A DNA stretch of 64,000 bases from Blepharisma stoltei ATCC 30299 (Eukaryota > Protista > Ciliophora). Under the pieces are notes generated by a model. The model did not search any database, had not been told where the DNA came from, and saw only the letters and a list, made by a program, of their open reading frames with translations. Below are positions 11,273-22,559 of this stretch, in pieces (positions within the stretch are counted from its first letter, which is position 1; each line of letters starts with the position of its first letter). The stretch lies in the NCBI GenBank assembly GCA_965603825.1, contig CBFDEM010000014.1, forward strand, positions 186,001 to 250,000, in the 5' to 3' direction. The translations under genes and the position numbers were made by a program.

Positions 11273-11803
11273 TTAAATATCGTTAAATTCCTCTAACAAC
11301 TGATCAACGATAACCTCTTTGTCAGCCGCTTTCCTCTGTGAATCAATTCCTCCTCTTTTTGATTTTTCATTTTCATCAAGGAAGTCAAAATCAAACTCAG
11401 GCTTCATATTAGGGAAATTTGGCTTCTCAGTAAGCGGTGGCAATTTTGAAGGCGGCTTAGGAGGAGGCTGGAATGCTAGGGGTTTATTTATAGGAATGTT
11501 TTCATTTGTAGGCTCTACAGTTGTAGATTTAAATTTTGGCTCTTCTGCTTCGATTCTTGTAGGGATTACTGGTTCCTTTTTGATAGAGATAATTGCAGGA
11601 GCTTTAGGTTCTTCAAGGTTGTCTCTGAAATCGGTAGGTTTCTTTTTCAAAACTTTTGCATTGGTCAATACAACAGCTTCTTCATCAGGGATTTCTTCAT
11701 TTTTAGGCTTGCCTTTGTCATAATCTCCGCTTGAAAAAGTCTCTTTTTCAGTTACTTTAGGTGGCACTGCATTGGCATTATTTTTGCTTCCTCCACAACC
11801 CAT
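11273..11803 (-). CDS. Small disordered protein with N-terminal dual-acylation motif
   Basis: Starts MGCGGSK (myristoyl-Gly2 and palmitoyl-Cys3 pattern). P/E/K-rich, 176 aa. Confidence 0.75.
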   Translation of the reverse strand: MGCGGSKNNANAVPPKVTEKETFSSGDYDKGKPKNEEIPDEEAVVLTNAKVLKKKPTDFRDNLEEPKAPAIISIKKEPVIPTRIEAEEPKFKSTTVEPTNENIPINKPLAFQPPPKPPSKLPPLTEKPNFPNMKPEFDFDFLDENEKSKRGGIDSQRKAADKEVIVDQLLEEFNDI

Positions 11804-11894
11804 ATACTTTTTAATATTTAAAGCGTTTTCATATTGGTCATAGATAATATTGATTTATGCCGTTTTAAATCCTCAATTTTTTTATTAACCAAAT

Positions 11895-13406
11895 ATGAGT
11901 AGTTCTGTCCACGACGAGACAACTTTTGACTTATCAAAAGTTGAAGAATACCCTAAAAAAACTGTCAGCCATAAGATATCCTTGAAGGTTGACATGTCGA
12001 AGATACTTCCCAAAGGAACTATCAACAATTCTATCGAATACATCCGAAAAAAGCAGCTTAAGCTTGACCTAATTAATGCTGCAGTGGCATTTACATCAAT
12101 CATGATTGTGTACTACGAAGTAATTTTTAAACAGAGTGAAGAATTTTACTCAGAAAGTTCAAAATGCAATAGTGGAGAGTGCTGATTCACCAAAAACCGC
12201 AACGAAAGTAACCAGTATGTAAATATAATGAGAACTATGAATATTGTCCTTACTACTGTTATATGTAAGTTTTAATCAGTGTGCTTAATTTACCAGCACT
12301 ATCTTTATGAGCTCGATAAAAAAAAAATCCGTAAGCAAGTCCCTCCGAAAAGCTCACTAAAGAGTGCAAATCTTCTCAGGCCAATGCTGGTTGAAATGGT
12401 GATAATGGGGATATTCTGTCCGCCTTATTTCGACACTACTTTTTCAGGGACTATGCTTAACGGATCATATGTATACTCATACGATATGATTATTGCAGTT
12501 ATAACTATACTGAGGGTGTACCTTATTTTAAGAGTTTATACTCATTTTTCTATATGGCTTAGCAATGAGTCATTTAAAGAAGGCAAAAAACTTGGAGTTA
12601 ACACTGATATTTTTTTCTCCTTAAAAGCTGATTTGAAGTATCAGCCACATCTTATTCTTTCTGCAGCTATTGGGACATTAGTTATCTGTATTGGATATGC
12701 GGTCAGAGATTTAGAAAGGCCATTTATTTCAGAAGCGAAATCAAAGTTAAATTTTGACTATTTGACTAATGGTTGGTGGATGACTGTGGTCACCATGACT
12801 ACTGTAGGCTATGGAGATGGGTACCCTTCTACTCATTTTGGAAGGGCGTTAATGCTTTTCACAGCCATTGCTGGATTGGTTATGGTCTCTTTATATGTCG
12901 TTACGTTAACTGTAGCTACAATGTTTAGCAAAGAAGAAACAAAAGCTTACTATATGATTAAAAAAGTTAAAGCCAATAGTGATGTAAGGCATAAAGCGTC
13001 TAACGTAATCAAAGCTACTTTCAAGCTAAAAGAAGCTTTGACGAGGAAAAAAGGGACAAATTATTTGAGGAGGGTTTTTGTATATGGAGCATTACTAAGA
13101 AGACATATACATTATTTCAAAAGAGACACGAGTGTGGCGAATACGAGATATCTACCCCCTCCAGAAATGCTTGTGCAGTTAGAACAAAAGTTAATAACTG
13201 ATATTGATGATATTCGGAAAGAAATCATTGATATTGATTATATTGGAGAAAGGCTGCAAGAGCTGATTGGAAATCAGCAAATTATGACGGAGCAGCTTGA
13301 CAAAATTTTGAACACGCAAAATTCCGTGGAAAAGTTAATGACGCAGCTGAACATTGAAAAATTGATAAGTGAGGATAAGGAGGAAATTGTGAATCAACTC
13401 ACTTAA
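11895..13406 (+). CDS. SK/KCNN-like K+ channel, about 493 aa
   Basis: Pore WWMTVVTMTTVGYGDGYP, multiple TM helices, C-terminal coiled coil. TGA=W at 12183. Introns 12120-12134 and 12265-12279. Confidence 0.9.
12120..12134 (+). other. Probable 15-nt intron GTAATTTTTAAACAG (in frame, no stop)
   Basis: Matches the GTAA..A10..YAG consensus. Not required to keep the frame open. Confidence 0.7.
12265..12279 (+). other. 15-nt intron GTAAGTTTTAATCAG
   Basis: Removes an in-frame TAA. A10. Confidence 0.9.
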
Positions 13407-13491
13407 GCTGAAAATTTATGTATTTTTCTTAATTATAGCTTAGAAAAATGATTTATAACATTTGTTTTAATCTAATTTATTAATATTCATT

Positions 13492-14433
13492 TTAATATTT
13501 TGGACTTGCATCAAAATTCAGCATGAAGCTAGGACTTTCAAACAGCGTAGAATATGGAGATTTGTTTTGATCAGGAGTTCTCAAACTGTAAGAATTCCCA
13601 TTTGAGCTTGCTGCAGTATCTGTCAGAAAACTTGAAGTATAAAAAGCAGTTAAATTATTTTTCGGTGGAGGAGACACATCAGGACTAAACTGAAAACTTG
13701 TCTCCTCAGTCTCTAACTGAAACCTATAAACTTTACAGCTTGGTGTAGAGTCAACAAGAATTCTTTTCTTATTAGTCAAAGGAGTAGAAGGAGTATTTTC
13801 TTTATCATCGCCTGAGCAAACTTCTTGCTGATAAGCTTCCAAAGCTTCAGCTAAAATCTGCCTATGTGCATGCACACAATAAATATCGCTTCCCTCAGCT
13901 ATTTCATTTGCAGATTTACGACCCCTTTTCCTCCTCCCTAGATCTTCTAAAGGATGCTGTATACAAGTATGAGAATCATCATGACCATGACATCTGATAA
14001 GTAAATCATATTTACATGAGAGCTCAGGAATCACTTTTTTCATTGAAGAATTTCAATGATTTTTTATTGAATTGTCAGTTCTGCCTTGAAGGATTTTTGA
14101 AATTTCTGCCCATCGGTTTCCAAGGGTTTTGTGATATAAGAATAATAGTCATTCTTCATGGACTGTCCAGGAATCGTTACGAATATGAGGGTTTAAGTGA
14201 TTATGCCAGCGTTCTCTGCATTGTTTTCCGATTCGGCCTGGGAGATGTCTTGCGATATAGCTCCACTTTTGAGGCCCAATTTTGTGTACGAGTTTGATTA
14301 CTGCTGCATCTTCTTCTTCAGTTCAAGGGCCTGTTTTAATGCCCATTCCTGATGATTCATCAATAGTCCAGCTGTATCTTTTCCCTTTAGTTTTTCTAGT
14401 AGATCTTTTATTTGAGTTTTCTAATGAATCCAT
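13492..14433 (-). CDS. R2R3-type Myb transcription factor, 313 aa
   Basis: KTGPW(TGA)[58 protein letters not shown](TGA)NS. Confidence 0.95.
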
Positions 14434-14606
14434 TTTAATTTAAATAGATATGAAAGTTTAGAATAAAAGAGTTTTTAAATGGCTGGGTAGGGAAATAATC
14501 GGATTTATTAATTAATTATTTTTAATTGAATTAAAACAGAGTCATATTATTAGCATGACTATTATAAATAAAGATTAAGAAGGAAGTTAATAAAATAATG
14601 CATTAT

Positions 14607-15545
14607 TTAATGATTGTTAATTCTTTCAGTCAGGATTCTACCACTCTTGAGGTAAGGCTAAATAGAAATTACATGATTCAGGGCATCTCTTGCACAAATT
14701 CTTTCTTCTGGATTCATGGATAGGAGTCTACTGAGGAGATCAAGGCCAAGCTCATTAAATCCTGGAAATAGCCTTTCAAATGGTACAGGTGTTCATCTAG
14801 GAAAATCTTGGGAAAAGTAGCTTAAGCTTGATACTCCTGGCCAGCTAGACTCATTGGGAGTCCCTAAAACCTTGAAAATAGTAAATAGCTGATCAATGTG
14901 ATTTCTTCCAGGGAAAAGCGGAAACCCATTAATAAGCTCAGCCATGATGCAGCCAACAGACCACAAGTCAATTGCAGTATTATACACCTCGCAGCCTAAA
15001 ATTATTTCAGGAGCCCTATACCACAATGTTTGTACAGAAGTTGTATAAGGCCGATAGGGTATTTGAAAAGCCCTTGCAAGTCCAAAATCTGCGATCTTTA
15101 AATCATTATTTGAGTCTAATAGAAGATTGTGAGGCTTGAGGTCTCTATGAAGTATTCTATGAGAGTGACAATAGTTTATAGCAGTTAAAAGCTGGATGAG
15201 GAATTTCTTCAGCATGTACTCAGATAAGGGGAGCTTGGTATTGTCGAGAAAGTGCCTAACATCTTGCTCAAGGTACTCGAAAATTAAATACAGCTTATTT
15301 TCTAAAATAAGGACATCTTGTAAGGACACTATACTTGGGTGAACAAGATCTCTGAGCAAGGATATTTCGCGGATAGTCTGAGCTGGGATTCCTTCTTTGT
15401 CTGTTTTAAAGACTGATTTTTTGAGAGCAACTATTGCATTAGTCTTAGTATCTTCAGCCTTGTAGACTTTTCCATAAGCGCCTTCTCCTAGTTTGCCAAT
15501 TTTTTGATAGCGATCTTTGTCTCTTGTAATTGTAAGCCCACTCAT
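14607..15545 (-). CDS. Cyclin-dependent kinase (CDK1/2-like, PAQTIRE helix), 307 aa
   Basis: [37 protein letters not shown](TGA). Intron 14658-14672 restores ALNHPYL. Confidence 0.95.
14658..14672 (-). other. 15-nt intron GTAATTTCTATTTAG
   Basis: Removes an in-frame TAG and restores the kinase HPY motif. A10. Confidence 0.92.
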
Positions 15546-15904
15546 AGTTTATAAGGATATTTCAGTCGGACTTAAATCATAGTGGTTTGCTCATCGGATG
15601 AATCAGCTTTACTTTTTACTCGTCTGATGATCATTTTAGTCTGCTCCATTTTTACTAGTTAAACTTAAACTTATGATTTTTAAAGCCTTAAACTTATAGA
15701 AACTTGAAAGTCAACCGCTTTCTAGGAAATTATATTGATTTTATTTTAAGTTAAGCATTTTATGAATTGGCAAAGCAAAAATATTTTATTATATATAAAC
15801 TAATAAAGCGCTGTGCTTCAAAAGCTAGAAATTAACGTTAAAAGCTGCAAGATATTGCACCTAAAAAGCAAAAATAAATTCCCATTTGATAAAAGTTAAT
15901 TAAT

Positions 15905-17158
15905 ATGCAAGGAGAAATCGCTCCAGCTTATACCATTCCAAGCAAACGAGAAAATTTTTCTAGTACAGCAATTAAGATCGCTCCAGGCCCTGGAAACTAT
16001 AATATATCGTCCGATTTTTATAATTTTGCAAAAAAGCACTCATTTCCCAAAGCACCGAGATTAGAATTAAAGCCTCAAACTTTGATTCCAGGCCCAGGAG
16101 AATATAAAATCCCTGGAACAATTGGCAACGGCCCAAAAGCAGTTTTGCAAGGAAGGCATGAGACAGAATCAAACTTATTAACGCCAGGTCCAGGCCATTA
16201 TTCCCCTAACCGTCTTGATGGCTTGCTAAGCTACAGTTTTGGAATGAAATTTGAAAAGAGAATAAAAAATGATTCTCCAGGTCCTGGGGCTTACGATACA
16301 AGAACAAAACAAAATAATTCTCCTAGGGCAATGTAAATCTTATTTAGATTTGGATCTTCCAAAAAAGGATTTGGATCTTCAAGTGGAAGAGACTCTCCTG
16401 GGCCAGGATATTATCAAACTTTTACAGAAGCTACGTCACCGAAGATTGTGTTCGCTAAGTCTAAAAGAGATAAAGCAGATATACAGTCTGCAAGTCCAGG
16501 ACCTGGGTATTATACTATATCTAGTGACTGGAGTCAATGCCCGAAAGCATTACTACTTAGCAAGCCATCAGGTAGCTCAAAAAATTCTGAAATACCTGGA
16601 CCAGGCACTTACTCTCCAAAAGTTCACGAAGAGTCTTTTTCTTATTCAATTGGCAATGCTCAAAGAACAATGCTAGAGCCAAGAAGCATCACACCATCTC
16701 CAGGCCAGTATGATGCAAGAAAGGTATATGGATCTCCAGCTTATAGTTTAGGGAAAGGGAAAAGACTTAAATTACCAACATCCATAACCCCAGGGCCAGG
16801 ACAATATTCTTCTAATCCACCTGAAGAAGGGGTCAAAATTACTATTGTAGGGAGATATAATAATCCTGCACGTTCAGAATCCCCAGGACCAGCGCAGTAT
16901 TCTCCAAATTCGACTGCCATTTTAGAAAAAACATCAGGGCCTATATTTGGGACTGAAAAAAGGCTTAAAGAAGAAAAAGAAGAAAAATGGCCTTCCCCTG
17001 GAGATTATGATATTAATCTCAGGAAAAAAGGCAAAGCATTTTCTTTTTCAAAAGAAAAAAGAGACAAAAGCTTAAAAGCAACGACGCCAGGGCCTGGACA
17101 ATATACAATCGGAAGTACCCTAGGGAAAGCTGGACTTGCTGCAATTAATAATAATTAA
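15905..17158 (+). CDS. PGP/SHIPPO-repeat axonemal protein (ODF3/STPG-like), 412 aa
   Basis: About 12 P(G/S)PGxY repeats. Intron 16333-16347 joins the two ORFs. Confidence 0.9.
16333..16347 (+). other. 15-nt intron GTAAATCTTATTTAG
   Basis: Removes an in-frame TAA. A10. Confidence 0.92.
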
Positions 17159-17192
17159 TTTAATTTATCGGGAATAAAATTTATTTTATCAA

Positions 17193-18251
17193 TTAAATGT
17201 GATTTATATAGCTTTTTAAAAGCCTTGCAATCTTTTCTGAGTTTATAGAGTTTTCTTTTTGTTTTAGGTCGCAGTATTCTAATTTTTTAGCAATTTCTTG
17301 TTCTTTGAGTTTTAAATGAAATTCTTTGAGGTTTATTTCTGTGGATTTTCTGAAAATGCTTTTTGCTTTCTCTTCGAGCTCATTTTTTTCTTTTTCTATC
17401 AGTGTTAGCTTTTTAGGTGCTTGCTTTATCAATTTTTCTATATTTGGAACTGTAATTCATCGATTTTGTTTTCTTATTTTAGCTTTCTTTTCTGATTCTT
17501 TATTTTTATTGCTTTCACTTATTATGCTCTCTTTTATTAAAGGGTGTATACACTTTTCATCTTCTTTTGATGAAAAGCAACTGCTATTATGAATATTTTC
17601 AAAGCCAATAGAAGCCGAAGCGTCTGCTTTATCTTGCAAATTAAGGCTGCTGCTAATCGCATTTTGCTTTGGAATTGAATGATCAAGAGAAGTCCTTTCT
17701 GAAATATTAAAAAATGTAGACATCTTTTTATTCTCACATAATGGAAATAGGAAAATACCATCTTGATTTTCTATTCCAAGTTTGGTTGAAATCAGTTCTT
17801 GGAGTAAAGCTTTAACAGATCTGTATATTTCCTTTTTAGCGTGAATTAGCTGGCGATTTTGCTTTTGAAAAATAGCTTTTTCTTTTATCAATTTTTTTCA
17901 TTCATTTGACAATTTTTGCTCTTCTTCTGAATAAAAAGTGTCAGAACTACTTAATGATGATTCATAAGAGCTATTTAAACTGCGATTTGTCGTATTCTCA
18001 CTTAAAAAACTATTATGTGAGTTGCAATTTCTATTCTTTAATTCCATAAATGCATTGAAACTGGATGTCATCTGATTAATATAATCTTCCATTCAATCCA
18101 AGCAATCTAAGTTGCATTTGCAATTACTATTCACTTTGGAAAATGTAACCTTCGCGTGATATATATCAATGTCTATATCAATTTCTTTAATTATCTCATT
18201 GCTGTTTGAATTTGTGAAGAAAATTGCAGTGTCGCTTTTGCTTTGATTCAT
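17193..18251 (-). CDS. Protein of unknown function, 352 aa, S/K/E-rich
   Basis: Three same-frame ORFs joined by 3 TGA=W. ATG 18251, TAA 17193. Confidence 0.72.
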
Positions 18252-19002
18252 TTATTATTTTTATTAGAACTTCAGTTCGGGAAATCCTAATAATAAATAT
18301 TCAACATTCCTATTATTTTATAGATTTCTACTTTTCATTTTAGTATAATTCAGAGCAATGCCGATAATAAAGAAAAATAAAGCATTGGATTAAATTCAAA
18401 ATTCAATGTAATGCTCAAAATATCTCTTAAAAAGCTTATTGGATTGACTAGGTAATACTAAATGCATTTATAAGCAAACATTTACATTAATTTATATCTT
18501 CATTTATTCAATAGACTCTTAAAATATCTAATGAAGGCTCAAATTTCTGGGCTTTTATTAAATTCTTTAAGCAAACTTATCCAAGTAGAATAAAAGCTTT
18601 TAAGCATATCAATATGGAGAATGTGAAAGACTATTATAAATAGAAAACAACTTTTCGACCAATATAAACTTCTACTTTACTTATAGTTAGTGGGGATGCC
18701 TGTATGATAAGGATTAGCCTAATTTTATTTTCAAGATTCTTAAAAATTAATATGCTATTTATTCGAACTTATATTAAGCATCAATATATTTTAATAATCT
18801 AACATGAAGTAAATTGGCACCAAAATATCATTATTTGGGATTTCAGCAAAATTTAAAAATTTATTAAGTGATAATTTTTTATATTTACTCAAATTAATAT
18901 TACTTTTCCACAATCATATTATTTCTCTCTCTATTCTCAAACTCAAATTTATTTAAAATCGCTTTAAAATTAAAAGTTGATTTTCCCTATTGAAAGCATA
19001 TT

Positions 19003-20022
19003 ATGACACGTGTATTTTTTATCCTTCTCATAGGATTTGTATTCGCAGTCGATTATTATGAAGTTCTCGAAGTTTCTCCAGACGCAGATGAAGCTGAAAT
19101 TAAAAAAGCCTTCAGAAATCTAAGCAGAAAATACCACCCAGATAAAAATCCAGGAAATGAGGAAGCTCATAAAAAATATTTAGATGTCACAAAAGCTAAC
19201 GAGGTTTTATCAGATTCCTCAAAAAGACAAATTTATGATATTTATGGCGAAGAAGGTCTAAATGATCCACAGCTCTTCAATAGAAGAAGAGGACCGAATT
19301 TTAGATTCGAATTAGAAGTAGACTTAGAAGACGTGTATAATGGCCTTGCTAAGGAAACCACAATTAGAAGAAATGAGCTTTGCAAAAAATGTAAAGGAAC
19401 AGGTGCAAAGGATAGAAAAACTGTTCCTTGCAAACATTGCGGCGGAAAAGGTGTGAGGCTGCAAAACGTTGGAGGATTTGGGTTTAATATGCAGATGCAA
19501 GTTCAGTGCGAAAGATGTGGAGGGAGAGGATTTGTAAGATTTATTTAGCTTGCTGCAGAGAGATGTCCAGGATGTGGAGGACAGAAAGTGGTGAATGCTT
19601 TGAAGACACTTAATGTGCAAATAGAGCCAGGGATGGATAATGGGTCTGAAATTGTGTTTCCAGGACAAAGTGAGCAAAGTCCTGATTGGTTTCCAGGCGA
19701 TATTATTTTTGTCCTTAAACTAAAAAACCATGCACGCTTTGAGCGAAGAGGAAACGATTTAGTTACTTCTATTAGACTGACTTTAAAAGAAGCTTTATTA
19801 GGATACTCAAAACAAATAAGCCATCTTGACGGCCATGTTGTGCAAATTGATTTTACTGGAGTCACACAGCCAGAATCTGTTAGGATTATAAAAGGGGAAG
19901 GAATGCCACATCAAGATGTCCCATCCAATAAAGGCAACTTGCACGTCAGATTTATTGTTGATTTGCCTGGAAAATTGACTCTTGACCAAGAAAACACAGT
20001 TCGACAGCTATTTCCTCGTTAG
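19003..20022 (+). CDS. ER-luminal DnaJ/Hsp40 with zinc finger (Scj1/ERdj3-like), 334 aa
   Basis: Signal peptide, J domain with HPD, four CxxCxG repeats, DnaJ_C domain. Intron 19534-19548. Confidence 0.93.
19534..19548 (+). other. 15-nt intron GTAAGATTTATTTAG
   Basis: Removes an in-frame TAG between the 3rd and 4th CxxC. A10. Confidence 0.93.
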
Positions 20023-20112
20023 ATAATACAAATATAGAATAATCATTTATCAATTTATTAGGATTAATATTTCATATAAAAATCTAAATAATACACAAAT
20101 ATTAGAGTTGAA

Positions 20113-20925
20113 ATGGTAAATTATAAGCGCATCTTCAACGACCCAAGAAAGTTAAGAAAGCTTGCTAAAAAACCGCAAGCGAAATATTGGCTCTTGGTTT
20201 TAGGTGTCTTGATTCTGATTTACTTTTTTTTGTCAAATGGAGATTTCTCGTTCTTTTTAACACTTTGTTCCACACTTCAAATGCTAGCTTTTGTTGCTAT
20301 TTGCATTCAAGTCAGGCATACAACTGAAGGTTTATCACTCTATACATTCGTATTTTATTCACTTATTTATTCAAGCAGATTGAGCTCAATATTACCATTT
20401 GAAAGTTATTTGCCTTATGATTCATCAGGAGACTGGTTTTACCAAGTCGTTGAGATCTGCTCTTTGGTTCAGAGTGTATGGATTTCAATTAAGCTTAGAG
20501 ATAGTAAAGAATCAAGCAATTCCTGCTTTTACGCTATTCCCTGCGCATTTTTAGCTTTAATTTCTCATACGACACTGAATAATTTTTTCCTTACAGATTA
20601 TTTATGGACGCTTTCAATGTATTTAGAAGCAATTGCATTAATTCCACTTATAAAAGAAATGAAAAGAATTGATGATTGGGATAATTTTTCATCACATTTT
20701 ATTGCAGCAAGAACTGCTTCACAAATACTAAGTGCTATATTCTGGGTGAAGTCTTTTGATGAACTTAATGTAGTGTACCACCGCTCGAAAATTAATCTTT
20801 TCCCAGGGATAGCAGGATATTTCATTTTAGCTTCACAGCTGGTTTCTTGTTTTTTCACAGGACAATTTTTCTTTTGGTATGTTAAAAGTGCGGCATTAGG
20901 GACAACTTCAGTACTTCCTCTATAA
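20113..20925 (+). CDS. ER lumen protein-retaining receptor family (ERD2-related)
   Basis: GLSLYT, YLPYDSSGDW, LWTLSMYLEAIALIP. Multi-TM. Confidence 0.85.
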   Translation: MVNYKRIFNDPRKLRKLAKKPQAKYWLLVLGVLILIYFFLSNGDFSFFLTLCSTLQMLAFVAICIQVRHTTEGLSLYTFVFYSLIYSSRLSSILPFESYLPYDSSGDWFYQVVEICSLVQSVWISIKLRDSKESSNSCFYAIPCAFLALISHTTLNNFFLTDYLWTLSMYLEAIALIPLIKEMKRIDDWDNFSSHFIAARTASQILSAIFWVKSFDELNVVYHRSKINLFPGIAGYFILASQLVSCFFTGQFFFWYVKSAALGTTSVLPL

Positions 20926-21338
20926 CCTAAAGTAAGATATTTTAATCGTTATGACAAAATCGTGTATTAAGATGTAGGAATGGTCTGATTTAGTCTAAAT
21001 TTGTTGAAAAATTATTATTATATGCAAACATTTAAACTAATCTGTAGAATATTAAATCTTTTACATATTGATATTAGTATGCCTATTTTAATTGTTATAG
21101 TTTTAGCTTAGCAGAATTTCCATAAAATTTCTCAAGGATTGCAAAATTCTCTATAAAATGGAAATGAACGAAGCCGACTGAATTATCTTTATTATAATTT
21201 TCCATTTAGCCATTTATATATTATTTGGATTAAATAATATATAAAAGTCAAATAAAAAGTAACTTTCAACTTAACATAATATTATCAGTTCCCATAATTA
21301 AAAACGCCATTATATATTTTTGCTGGAATCATAATAAA

Positions 21339-21800
21339 ATGAAAAATTTGCAAACTGATCTTGGCTTGAAAGATCTAAACATTTTTGCCAGTATGTTTTC
21401 CTTATTGTCCCCAAGTTTAAGCTCACAACAGTTGCCTGCAAGTTTGAACTTGCCAGCACTGTCAATTTTTGGTGAGAGTCCTACTCCTGAGCCCGATGGC
21501 CATATACATCCTTTTGAGTCGTTTGTCAAAGTTATGGACGAAAGCAGACGGAAGGCTAAATCTATTACTGCTTGCCCTCATACTGAGCGCAAACATTACG
21601 CTAAGAATATGTGTAATAACTGCTACCATAGACTTGGACGTGATAAGCAAGCTTGGGCTTGCCCACATGAGGATCGTCAACATTATGCTAAAGGGAAGTG
21701 CCAGATGTGCTACCTTCAGCATTATCATAAATCGAGGAATACAGTCAGAAGAAAAGGGAAAAAAATCACGAAGTTTAATGAAGTGAAATCTAATAGTTAA
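21339..21800 (+). CDS. Small protein with two tandem CPH-x4-HYAK-x2-CxxCY putative zinc-binding motifs
   Basis: CPHTERKHYAKNMCNNCYH and CPHEDRQHYAKGKCQMCYL, followed by a basic tail. Confidence 0.8.
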   Translation: MKNLQTDLGLKDLNIFASMFSLLSPSLSSQQLPASLNLPALSIFGESPTPEPDGHIHPFESFVKVMDESRRKAKSITACPHTERKHYAKNMCNNCYHRLGRDKQAWACPHEDRQHYAKGKCQMCYLQHYHKSRNTVRRKGKKITKFNEVKSNS

Positions 21801-22559
21801 AAACTAAAAATCATTTACTAATTTAGACAGATTCCTGTCAAACTCCAGTGAGATTCCCTTTAGGCACATATGACATTAAGATGCAGATTGAAATTAACTT
21901 AATCATTATACATATTTATTATTAACTCTATTGAGTTTATGGCAACACGCAATTGGCTTTTGGCAGTTACAATAATAATTCAAATTTAAGATCAAAAGAC
22001 ATTTTTGGCAGTAAAAAGCGATTTCAGTCGTTAAGATTATGGATCTCCTTTTACTTGAAATTATTATTCAAAAATGAAGTTTAACTTTATTCCACAAAAT
22101 TTGTTTAGTGAAATACTTAACTTTTTCATAAAATTTCGAGTGATATAATTAATCTAAAAAACATGGCAAGCATTGGTTTTTGGTTCATCGGTTTCTAAAT
22201 TCTTTTTTTTATATTCAATATAAATGGAACCTTCAAAAGTTGCTTTATATTTATATCAAATTCAAATATGACTATAAAGGATAATTTTTTCCTTTTCTTT
22301 GCAGTCTAAGCCACTTTGGGTTTATCAAAATATGCAAAATCTGTTTGATTACATATGAAAACAATTTCAAAGGTCGGAGTAAAATGATTTTACATTTTTA
22401 AAAGCTGATAAATAATTTTATGGATTAAATACTCTTCCGACTTGTCAGTTCTTATGTGTTTTAAAATTGAATTATCTTTCAAAGAACTTTGGGATTATAT
22501 TTACCTGAATTTTATGATAAGAAATAGTACAGAATTTATTTAAACTATTAACTTTAATT

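Noticed and set aside
15905-17158. Periodic CCAGG(C/A/T)CC(A/T)GG DNA repeats resembling an array
   Set aside because: They encode PGPG protein repeats and are not CRISPR or satellite DNA.
21935-22015. ATGGCAAC half X-box and repeated TTTTGGCAGT
   Set aside because: Short matches expected by chance. They lie downstream of genes, and RFX factors are not known from ciliates.
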